This document shows positions 7,664 to 14,825 of a DNA stretch of 15,440 bases, one piece after another; position 1 is the first letter of the stretch; each line of letters begins with the position of its first letter. The notes beneath the pieces were generated by a model. That model saw nothing but the letters and a program-made list of their open reading frames with translations. It had not been told where the DNA came from and did not search any database. Source of the DNA: Armatimonadota bacterium (GTDB taxonomy: Bacteria; Sysuimicrobiota; Sysuimicrobiia; Sysuimicrobiales; Humicultoraceae). Where the stretch lies: positions 1 to 15,440 of the forward strand of contig JBBIJB010000035.1 in the NCBI GenBank assembly GCA_037446215.1, given 5' to 3'. Both the position numbers and the translations under genes were made by a program.

Positions 7664-8907
7664 CGATAGCCGAGAGGATCCTGTCGCGGCGCTGCGGCAG
7701 GGAGGCGCACGCCGGAGAGTTCGTCGTCGCCGAGGTAGACGTGATGATGGCGCACGACGGCAACCGGCCGCTGGTGATAGACACCCTCCGCGAGCTCGGG
7801 TTCGCAAAGCCGCGCCGGCCCGCGCAGCTGTTCCTGGTGCTGGACCACGCGGTCCCGCCGCCGACCGCGGTGGTGGCGAACATCCACGACCGGATGAGGG
7901 CGTTCGCCGAGGAGCACGGCTCCAACCTGCTCGAGGAGGGCGAGGGCGTCTGCCACATCGCGCTGCCCGAGCTGGGCCACGTCAGGCCCGGGGACCTGGT
8001 CGTGGGATCGGACTCCCACACCACCACGCTCGGCGCCGTCAACTGCCTGGCGACGGGCATGGGCTCATCGGACATGGCGCTCGCCGCGGCCAAGGGCGAG
8101 GTGTGGTTCAGGGTGCCGGAGACGCTGCGCATCGTGCTCGGCGGCGCGCCCGGGCCGGGGGTCGACGCGAAGGACGTGGCGCAGTACCTGATCCGCCGCC
8201 TCGGGCTGCACCGGTCCAACTACCGCTCGCTGGAGTTCCAGGGCCCGGCGGTGGCACAGATGAGCATGGACGGGCGCTTCACGCTGGCGAACGCCGCGGT
8301 CGAGCTGGGCGCCAAGTGCGGGATCTTCCCTGGCGACGCCGTGCTCCGATCGTGGCTGGAGGGGCGGATCGAGGGGAGATTCGAGTTCGTCGCGCCCGAT
8401 CCGGGCGCCGTCTACGAGGAGAGCTTCGAGTTCGATCTCGGCGGCCTGGCCCCGCAGGTGGCGCGCCCCCACTCGCCGGGCGACGTCGTGGACGTCGGCG
8501 AGGTCGAGGGGACGCCGGTGCAGATGGTGTTCATCGGCACCTGCAGCGCGGGCCGCCTGGACGACCTGCGGGCGGCGGCGCGGGTGCTGGAAGGCCGCAG
8601 CCTGTCGCCCGGCGTCAGGATGGTGGTCGCCCCGGGCTCGGCCGAGGTCTACCACTCGGCGCTGCGCGAGGGCGTGATCGAGACGCTTGTCACGGCAGGG
8701 GCCTGCATCGTCCCGCCCGGCTGCGGCCCGTGCGCGGGAATAGCCCAGGGCATCCCGGCCGACGGCGAGAACGTGGTCTCCTCCGGCCCGCGCAACTTCC
8801 GCGGACGGATGGGCAACCCCGAGGCGAACATCTTTCTCGCGTCGGCCGCCACGGCCGCCGCCTCTGCGTATGTCGGCGCCATCACCGATCCCAGGCGCCT
8901 GCTGTGA
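7651..8907 (+). CDS. Aconitase-family hydro-lyase large subunit (3-isopropylmalate dehydratase LeuC/HacA/DmdA-like), 418 aa
   Basis: GTG 7651 after GAGGAGG, in the frame of track ORF 6424-8907. Motifs TIAERIL, DHAVP, GVCH, GSDSHT, three Fe-S Cys (GTCSAGR, GCGPC), RNFRGRMG, LASAATAAASA..G.ITDPR. Confidence 0.93.
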   Translation: MAALTIAERILSRRCGREAHAGEFVVAEVDVMMAHDGNRPLVIDTLRELGFAKPRRPAQLFLVLDHAVPPPTAVVANIHDRMRAFAEEHGSNLLEEGEGVCHIALPELGHVRPGDLVVGSDSHTTTLGAVNCLATGMGSSDMALAAAKGEVWFRVPETLRIVLGGAPGPGVDAKDVAQYLIRRLGLHRSNYRSLEFQGPAVAQMSMDGRFTLANAAVELGAKCGIFPGDAVLRSWLEGRIEGRFEFVAPDPGAVYEESFEFDLGGLAPQVARPHSPGDVVDVGEVEGTPVQMVFIGTCSAGRLDDLRAAARVLEGRSLSPGVRMVVAPGSAEVYHSALREGVIETLVTAGACIVPPGCGPCAGIAQGIPADGENVVSSGPRNFRGRMGNPEANIFLASAATAAASAYVGAITDPRRLL

Positions 8908-8917
8908 GGAGGAGCCC

Positions 8918-9442
8918 GTGATCATAGAGGGACGCGCGCACCGCGTCGGCGACGACGTCAACACCGACTACATCATCCCGGCCCGGCACAAGAGCCGCAC
9001 AGAGGACATCGCATCGCTGGTGCCGGTGCTGTTCGAGGACCTCGATCCCACGCTGGCCTCGCGGATCAGGCCGGGCGACCTGGTCGCGGCGGGCCACAAC
9101 TTCGGCATGGGCTCGTCGCGCGAGACCGCCCCGCGCCTGCTGCGCGCGGCCGGCATCTCGGCTGTGCTCGCCGCCTCGTTCGCCAGGATCTTCTTCCGGA
9201 ACGCGGTCAACGTCGGGCTGCCCGTGGTCGAGTGCGACACCTCGCAGATAGCCGACGGCGACGTGGTGCTGGTGGACCTGGAGGCGGGATCGGCCAGGAT
9301 CCCCGCGCGCGGGGTCGAGATCAAGGCCCATCCCCTGCCCCCGCTCATGCTCGAGATCCTGCGCTCCGGCGGCATCAAGGGCTACCTGGAGGCCCAGGGC
9401 AGGAGCGTCCGAAGGCCCAGGAAGGGAGAGGACAGGGTGTGA
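8918..9442 (+). CDS. Aconitase-family hydro-lyase small subunit (LeuD/HacB/DmdB-like), 174 aa
   Basis: GTG 8918 after GAGGAGG. Motifs GDDVNTDYIIP, NFGMGSSRE.A, ASFARIFFRNAVNVGLP, GG near the C-terminus. Confidence 0.93.
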   Translation: MIIEGRAHRVGDDVNTDYIIPARHKSRTEDIASLVPVLFEDLDPTLASRIRPGDLVAAGHNFGMGSSRETAPRLLRAAGISAVLAASFARIFFRNAVNVGLPVVECDTSQIADGDVVLVDLEAGSARIPARGVEIKAHPLPPLMLEILRSGGIKGYLEAQGRSVRRPRKGEDRV

Positions 9443-9467
9443 GCGGCTACGGAGGGAGGCGAGGCCG

Positions 9468-10337
9468 GTGAACGGACGGGAGTGGCTGCGCCGGCGGTTG
9501 GCCGAGGGCCCGATCCTCTTGGCCCCTGGCACGTTCGACGCGCTGAGCGCCAGGATCGTCGAGTACTGCGGCTTCGAGGCGGTCTACGTCAGCGGCGGGG
9601 CGATCTCGCGCAGCATGGGCTTCCCGGATGTGGGCCTCGCGACCATGGACGAGATGGTGGGGCGGATCGCGACGATCTGTGAGGCCACCTCTCTCCCTGT
9701 GATCGCCGACGCCGACACCGGCTACGGCAACCCCCTCAACGTCCGGCGGACCGTGCGCGAGTGGGAGCGCGCCGGCGTCGCCGCCCTCCACCTCGAGGAT
9801 CAGGTCACCCCGAAGCGCTGCGGCCACTACGAGGGTAAGGTGCTGATCTCCACGGAGGAGATGGTCTCGAAGCTCCGGGCCGCGGTCGAGGCGCGCCGCG
9901 AGGAGACCGTGATCATAGCGCGCACCGACGCGCGCGCGGTGGAAGGGTTGGAGGGGGCGCTGACGCGGGCGCGCGCCTACAGCGAGGCCGGCGCCGACGT
10001 CCTGTTCGTCGAGGCACCCCAGTCCGTGGAGGAGATAAGGAGGATCGCCCGCTCCCTGGCCGGCCCCCTGATGATCAACATCTTCGTCGGCGGCAAGACG
10101 CCGGTGGTGCCCTCGGGCGAGCTCGACCGGATGGGCTACCGGCTGGCGATCTATCCCAGCGACCTGCAGAGGGCTGCGATCTTCGCGATGATCGGATGCG
10201 GTCGCCACCTGCGCGACTCGGGGACGGTCGAGGGGTTCGCGCCTGTGGTCTCGTTCCAGGACCGCGAGGTCCTGATCAACGCGGCCCTGTGGGCCGGGCT
10301 GTCGGAGCGCTACGGAACGCCGCCCTCAGGGGCGTAG
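9468..10337 (+). CDS. Isocitrate lyase/PEP mutase superfamily C-C lyase (2,3-dimethylmalate lyase / 2-methylisocitrate lyase-like), 289 aa
   Basis: APGTFDALSA, G.PDVG, DADTGYG, HLEDQVTPKRCGH, IARTDA, AGADVLFVEA, GGKTP. GGAGG RBS. Confidence 0.93.
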   Translation: MNGREWLRRRLAEGPILLAPGTFDALSARIVEYCGFEAVYVSGGAISRSMGFPDVGLATMDEMVGRIATICEATSLPVIADADTGYGNPLNVRRTVREWERAGVAALHLEDQVTPKRCGHYEGKVLISTEEMVSKLRAAVEARREETVIIARTDARAVEGLEGALTRARAYSEAGADVLFVEAPQSVEEIRRIARSLAGPLMINIFVGGKTPVVPSGELDRMGYRLAIYPSDLQRAAIFAMIGCGRHLRDSGTVEGFAPVVSFQDREVLINAALWAGLSERYGTPPSGA

Positions 10338-10364
10338 GCGGCGGGGAGCAGGAGGCTGATCGGG

Positions 10365-11786
10365 GTGGCACACGCGCAGGGTAGGACGACGGCGGAGATC
10401 ACCGGACCCCTGGCGGAGTGGGTGGCAGGGCTGCGCCTCGAGGAGGTACCGGCCGAGGTCGTGGGCTACGCCAAGCTGGCGCTGCTGGACACGCTGGGCT
10501 GCGGGCTGTTCGGCAGCACCCTGCCGTGGGGACAGACGGTGGTCAGGTTCGCGCGGCGGCTGGGGCGTGGCGGAGAGGCCACGGTCTGGGGAGACGGGTG
10601 CCTGCTGCCGGCGGCCAACGCGGCGCTGGCCAACGGCACGCTGGTCCACGCGTTCGAGATGGACGACCTCCACGCCCGCGGCGTGCTCCACCCCGGCTCG
10701 GTGACCGCGACGGCGGCGTTCGCTCTGGCGGAGCGGCGGGAGCGCGGGCGCAAGGCGCCGGTGGAGGGGAGACGCGTGCTGGAGGCGATCGTCGCCGGCT
10801 ACGAGGTCGGCGCGCGCGTCGGGCTGGCGTGCGGCTACGCCAAGCTGAAGAAGGGGTTCCACCCGGCCGCCACCACCGGCGTCTTCTGCGCGGCCGCGGC
10901 GGCGAGCCGCATCCTCAACCTGAACGCCGAGGCGACCCATGACGCGCTCGGCACCGCGGGCACCCAGGCGGCCGGGCTGATGGCGTCGCAGTACGGCTCG
11001 ATGGTCAAGAGGATGCACATGGGGCTGGCGGCCCAGAGCGGCATCTACGGCGCGGACCTGGCCGCGATGGGGTTCCGCGGGGTCAGGGGCGTGCTGGAGG
11101 CGCCCTACGGCGGCTTCCTGGGCACGCTGGTCGGGGAGGCGGCCGAGCCCGCGGCGATACTGGATGGGCTCGGCGAGCGCTACGAGATGCTCGGGGTCGG
11201 CTTCAAGATCTACCCGTCGTGCGGCAGCTCGCACACAACGATAGACGCGCTGCTGGCGATCCGCGAGCGCTGCCCGGACCTGAGCCCGGACGCGGTGGAG
11301 TCGGTCGAGATCCACACCACCACGGCCGTGCGGGACCACGTGGGTTGGCCCTACGTCCCCGACACCGTGACCTCGGCCCAGATGAACCTGCCGTTCACCG
11401 CGGCGACGCTGCTGCGCGACGGCGCGCTCACCGTGGAGTCGTTCGCCGACCACCGGCTGCGCGACCCCGAGCTGGTCTCGCTCGCGGGCCGGGTGACCGT
11501 CCTGGCCGACCCCGAGCTCGACGCCATGGGACGCGACCGCCGCCACACCGTCCGGGTGGCCGTCCTCCTCAACGACGGCCGGCGGTTCGAGGAGAGCCGC
11601 ACCCACGGCAAGGGGACCGCGAAGAACCCGGTCTCGCCCGAGGAGCTGCGGGCGAAGTTCGCCGACCTCGCCGGCCGCGTGGTCGGCGACGGCCGGGCGG
11701 CGGCGATCAGGGAGATGGTGGAGGATCTGGAGCAGCTGCCCGCGATCACGCCTCTGGCGGACGCGATGGTGGGCCCCGAAGAGTAG
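10365..11786 (+). CDS. MmgE/PrpD family protein, 473 aa
   Basis: LLDTLGC, AALANGT..HAFEMDD.H, HPG, GYEV, GFH, ALG.AGTQAAGL, KRMH.G.AA..G, FKIYPSC..SH, KG...NP...EEL..KF. GGAGG RBS. Confidence 0.95.
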   Translation: MAHAQGRTTAEITGPLAEWVAGLRLEEVPAEVVGYAKLALLDTLGCGLFGSTLPWGQTVVRFARRLGRGGEATVWGDGCLLPAANAALANGTLVHAFEMDDLHARGVLHPGSVTATAAFALAERRERGRKAPVEGRRVLEAIVAGYEVGARVGLACGYAKLKKGFHPAATTGVFCAAAAASRILNLNAEATHDALGTAGTQAAGLMASQYGSMVKRMHMGLAAQSGIYGADLAAMGFRGVRGVLEAPYGGFLGTLVGEAAEPAAILDGLGERYEMLGVGFKIYPSCGSSHTTIDALLAIRERCPDLSPDAVESVEIHTTTAVRDHVGWPYVPDTVTSAQMNLPFTAATLLRDGALTVESFADHRLRDPELVSLAGRVTVLADPELDAMGRDRRHTVRVAVLLNDGRRFEESRTHGKGTAKNPVSPEELRAKFADLAGRVVGDGRAAAIREMVEDLEQLPAITPLADAMVGPEE

Positions 11787-11808
11787 GACTACGGGGAGGT
11801 GCACTGAG

Positions 11809-12795
11809 ATGAAGCCGGAAAGAGTGGCAGTCGTGGTGCTTGTCGTCCTGGCGCTGGCCCTGGGCGGGGCGGCCGTCGCGGGTCCGGCGTGGCAGCCGAG
11901 CGGCACGGTCGAGCTGGTGCCGGCGGGCGATCCCGGGGGCGGGCTCGACCTCCACGCGCGCATCGTCTCGGAGGTCTTCCGCAAGGAGAAGATCCCTCCG
12001 CAGCGGTTCATAATAAACAACATGGGCGGCGCCGGCGGCAACACCGCCCGCTCCTACCTGAACACCAAGCGCGGCGACGGGAACGTGGTCGTGCTCGAGA
12101 GCAACCGCGCCTACCTGGCCGAGCTGCTCGGCACGACCAGGCTGCGCGTCAACAAGGACTTCACGGCGATCGCTCGCCTGACCGCCGATTACATAGTCTG
12201 GGCCGTGCGCAAGGACTCCAAGTTCAAGACCGCCAAGGAGGTCCTCGACGCGATCAAGCAGGACCCGGCGTCGGTCAGCTTCGGCGTCGGCACGGTGCCG
12301 AGCAACGACCAGTTCCACATCATCAGGGCCGCCCGCGCCGCCGGGGCCAGGGCCGCGGCGGTCCGCATCACGGCGTTTAGGGCCGGCGGCGACCTGATGG
12401 CGCAGCTTCTGGGCGGCCACGTGCAGGTGATCTCCACCGGGCTCTCAGAGGCGATCACCCAGCAGGAGGCCGGCGAGATCCGCATCCTGGTGGTGACCGC
12501 GCCGAGGCGGCTGGGCGGCGCGCTGGCCTCGATCCCGACCTGGCGCGACCAGGGGATCGACCTCGTCATCGAGCACTGGCGCGGCGCGTTCGGCGCGCCC
12601 GACCTCCCTCCGGCGGCGGTCTCGTTCTGGGTCGAGGCGTTCGCGGCGATGCGCCAGGCGGAGTACTGGGACGGGCTGATCCGCCGCTACAACCTCTTCG
12701 ACTCGTTCCTCCCTTCGGATCGGTTCGCGCAGTCCCTCGAGCGGGAGCGCGAGCTGACCTCGGAGCTGCTGAAAGAGCTGGGATTCATCAAGTAG
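11809..12795 (+). CDS. tctC: Tripartite tricarboxylate transporter substrate-binding protein (TctC/Bug family), 328 aa
   Basis: Signal peptide, VPAGDPGGGLDLHAR and NMGGAGG carboxylate-pincer-type motifs, LLGGHV, IPT..DQGID, WRG.FG. GGGGAGGT RBS. Confidence 0.93.
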   Translation: MKPERVAVVVLVVLALALGGAAVAGPAWQPSGTVELVPAGDPGGGLDLHARIVSEVFRKEKIPPQRFIINNMGGAGGNTARSYLNTKRGDGNVVVLESNRAYLAELLGTTRLRVNKDFTAIARLTADYIVWAVRKDSKFKTAKEVLDAIKQDPASVSFGVGTVPSNDQFHIIRAARAAGARAAAVRITAFRAGGDLMAQLLGGHVQVISTGLSEAITQQEAGEIRILVVTAPRRLGGALASIPTWRDQGIDLVIEHWRGAFGAPDLPPAAVSFWVEAFAAMRQAEYWDGLIRRYNLFDSFLPSDRFAQSLERERELTSELLKELGFIK

Positions 12796-12809
12796 GGCGT
12801 GATGAGATC

Positions 12810-13253
12810 ATGACGATGAGGGCCGACCGCGCCCTGCTGGGGCTGCTGCTGGCGGTCTCGGTGGGCTACACCTTCCTGGGGACGCGGATCTTCGTGCCGC
12901 CGATCGTCGCCGACCCGCTGGGGCCGCGGGCCTTCCCGCTGTTCCTGGGGGTCTTTGGGATCGTGCTGTGCGCGGCGCTGCTGCTGAGCAGGCCGGTCGA
13001 GTCGGGGATTACCGTCACCCCGGCCGTGCTGCGCGGGCTGGCGGCGATCCTGGCCGTGATGGCCGCCTACGCGCTGCTGCTGCCGCGCCTCGGCTTCGTC
13101 ATCGCCACCACCGGGCTGCTGGCCGCCGGGTTCGCGCACGCCGGCGGCCGGCGCCCGCTCATACCGGCGGTCATCTACGCCCTGGCCGTCTACCTGCTGT
13201 TCACCCGGCTGCTCGGGCTGCGGCTGCCCTCGGGGTTGCTGCCGTGGCTGTGA
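12810..13253 (+). CDS. tctB: Tripartite tricarboxylate transporter small membrane subunit TctB, 147 aa
   Basis: About 4-5 hydrophobic segments, DPLGPRAFP, LGFVIAT, C-terminal F..LLG..LP.G. Lies between tctC and tctA. Confidence 0.9.
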   Translation: MTMRADRALLGLLLAVSVGYTFLGTRIFVPPIVADPLGPRAFPLFLGVFGIVLCAALLLSRPVESGITVTPAVLRGLAAILAVMAAYALLLPRLGFVIATTGLLAAGFAHAGGRRPLIPAVIYALAVYLLFTRLLGLRLPSGLLPWL

Positions 13254-14746
13254 TACCCCAGCTCCTGGCCGGCTTCTCGTCGGCGCTCAACCTCGACAAC
13301 CTCTTCTCGGCGGTGCTCGGTTGCTTCCTCGGCACGATCGTCGGGATACTGCCGGGGCTCGGGCCCTCCACCACTGTCGCGCTGCTCATACCGGTCGCGT
13401 TCGCGGTGCGCCCCGACACGATGCTCATAATGATGTGCGGGGTCTACCTCGGCGCGATGTACGGCGGCTCGCTCACCTCGATCCTGCTCAAGGTGCCGGG
13501 CGAGGCCTCCTCGGCGATCACCGCGATAGACGGCTTCGAGATGGCGAAGCAGGGCCGCGCCGGGCAGGCGCTGGCGATCTCGGCGATAGGGTCGTTCATC
13601 GGGGGCACGCTCTCGGTCGTCGCGCTGACGGTCGTGGCGCGCCCCATCTCCCAGGCCGCGCTCAAGTTCGGGCCGTCGGAGTACTTCGCGCTTATGGCCT
13701 TCGCGCTGGTGATGTCGGCGACGCTGATAGGCAGGTCGCTGCCGCGCGGGCTGCTGGCGGTGGTGCTCGGGATCATGCTCTCGATGGTCGGCTCCGACCT
13801 CCAGACCGGCGTGCCCCGCTTCACGCTGGGGATAGGCGAGCTGCTGGACGGCATAGACGTCGTGGTGGTGATAATCGGCGTCTTCGGCGTCGCCGAGGTG
13901 CTCTACTACCTGCTGCACGAGCGCCGGGCCGGCGGCGAGCGGATAGCGCTGCGCGGGCGGCTGTGGCTGTCGCGCGACGACTGGCGGAGGGCGGCGGCGC
14001 CGGTGGGCCGCGGCACCATCGTCGGCTTCTTCGCGGGCGTGATGCCGGGCTCGGGCAGCACGCTCGGATCGCTGCTCGCCTACGCGGTCGAGGGGCGCTT
14101 CGGTGGGGCGAAGCGGCGGCTCGGCGGCGGCGCGATCGAGGGCGTGGCCTCGGTGGAGACCGCCAACAACTCCGCGACCGGCGGCGCGCTGATCCCTATG
14201 TTCACGCTCGGCATCCCGGGCTCGGGCACCACCGCGGTGCTGCTGGCGGTGCTGCTGATGTACGGGGTGCAGCCCGGGCCGCGCCTGATGATCCAGCAGG
14301 CCGACCTGTTCTGGACCGTGGTCGCCTCGCTCTACATAAGCAACGTGATCCTGCTGGTGATGAACCTGCCCATGATCCCGCTCTTCGTCCGGATCCTGGA
14401 CATCCCGGCCAGGTTCCTCATGCCGGCGATCGGCGTCTTCGCGGCCGTGGGCGCCTACTCGATAAACAACATGGTCGCCGACGTCTGGCTGGTCTTCCTG
14501 TTCGGCCTGCTGGGATACGCGATGAGGTGGGCGGGGATGCCGCCGGTGGCGATGGTGCTCGGCATGGTGCTGGGCGACCGGCTGGAGCAGTCGCTGCGCC
14601 AGGCGTTCATCCTCAGCAACCAGTCGTTCGCCTTCCTGCTGCGCCCGATCACCCTCACCCTGCTGCTGCTGACGGCGGCGGTCGTCCTGGCGGACGTCGT
14701 CGCTAAGTCGCGCGAGCGGAGGCAAGGCGCGGAGGGCTCGGGCTAG
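13250..14746 (+). CDS. tctA: Tripartite tricarboxylate transporter large membrane subunit TctA, 498 aa
   Basis: GTG 13250 in a GTGA overlap with the tctB stop. Motifs G..VGILPGLGP, GAMYGGS..SILL.VPG, DGFEMAKQG, FGPSEYF, G.D..TG.PRFT.G, ETANNS, LGIPGS, G..PGP. Confidence 0.95.
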   Translation: MIPQLLAGFSSALNLDNLFSAVLGCFLGTIVGILPGLGPSTTVALLIPVAFAVRPDTMLIMMCGVYLGAMYGGSLTSILLKVPGEASSAITAIDGFEMAKQGRAGQALAISAIGSFIGGTLSVVALTVVARPISQAALKFGPSEYFALMAFALVMSATLIGRSLPRGLLAVVLGIMLSMVGSDLQTGVPRFTLGIGELLDGIDVVVVIIGVFGVAEVLYYLLHERRAGGERIALRGRLWLSRDDWRRAAAPVGRGTIVGFFAGVMPGSGSTLGSLLAYAVEGRFGGAKRRLGGGAIEGVASVETANNSATGGALIPMFTLGIPGSGTTAVLLAVLLMYGVQPGPRLMIQQADLFWTVVASLYISNVILLVMNLPMIPLFVRILDIPARFLMPAIGVFAAVGAYSINNMVADVWLVFLFGLLGYAMRWAGMPPVAMVLGMVLGDRLEQSLRQAFILSNQSFAFLLRPITLTLLLLTAAVVLADVVAKSRERRQGAEGSG

Positions 14747-14761
14747 AGGCGCCCCCCACCC

Positions 14762-14791
14762 CTGGCACCTCCCCCCTCCCTGGGGTATGCT
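14762..14791 (+). promoter_or_regulatory. Putative sigma70 promoter for the foldase gene (CTGGCA/TGGCAC...TATGCT)
   Basis: TATGCT at 14786-14791 (TAnnnT) with a weak -35-like hexamer 17-18 nt upstream. GGGAGG RBS at 14811-14816. Confidence 0.4.
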
Positions 14792-14825
14792 GTACCCGTT
14801 GTCTCAACCTGGGAGGTCTTCACAT

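Noticed and set aside
6449..9442. Calling the three genes a leucine (leuACD) or AAA-lysine biosynthesis operon
   Set aside because: There is no leuB/hicdh, ilv or lysW gene and no attenuator or T-box. Catalytic motifs are divergent, and the genes are linked to a lyase and an importer.
14763..14778. TGGCAC as a sigma54 -24 element
   Set aside because: No TTGC -12 element at the required spacing; a poly-C run follows instead.
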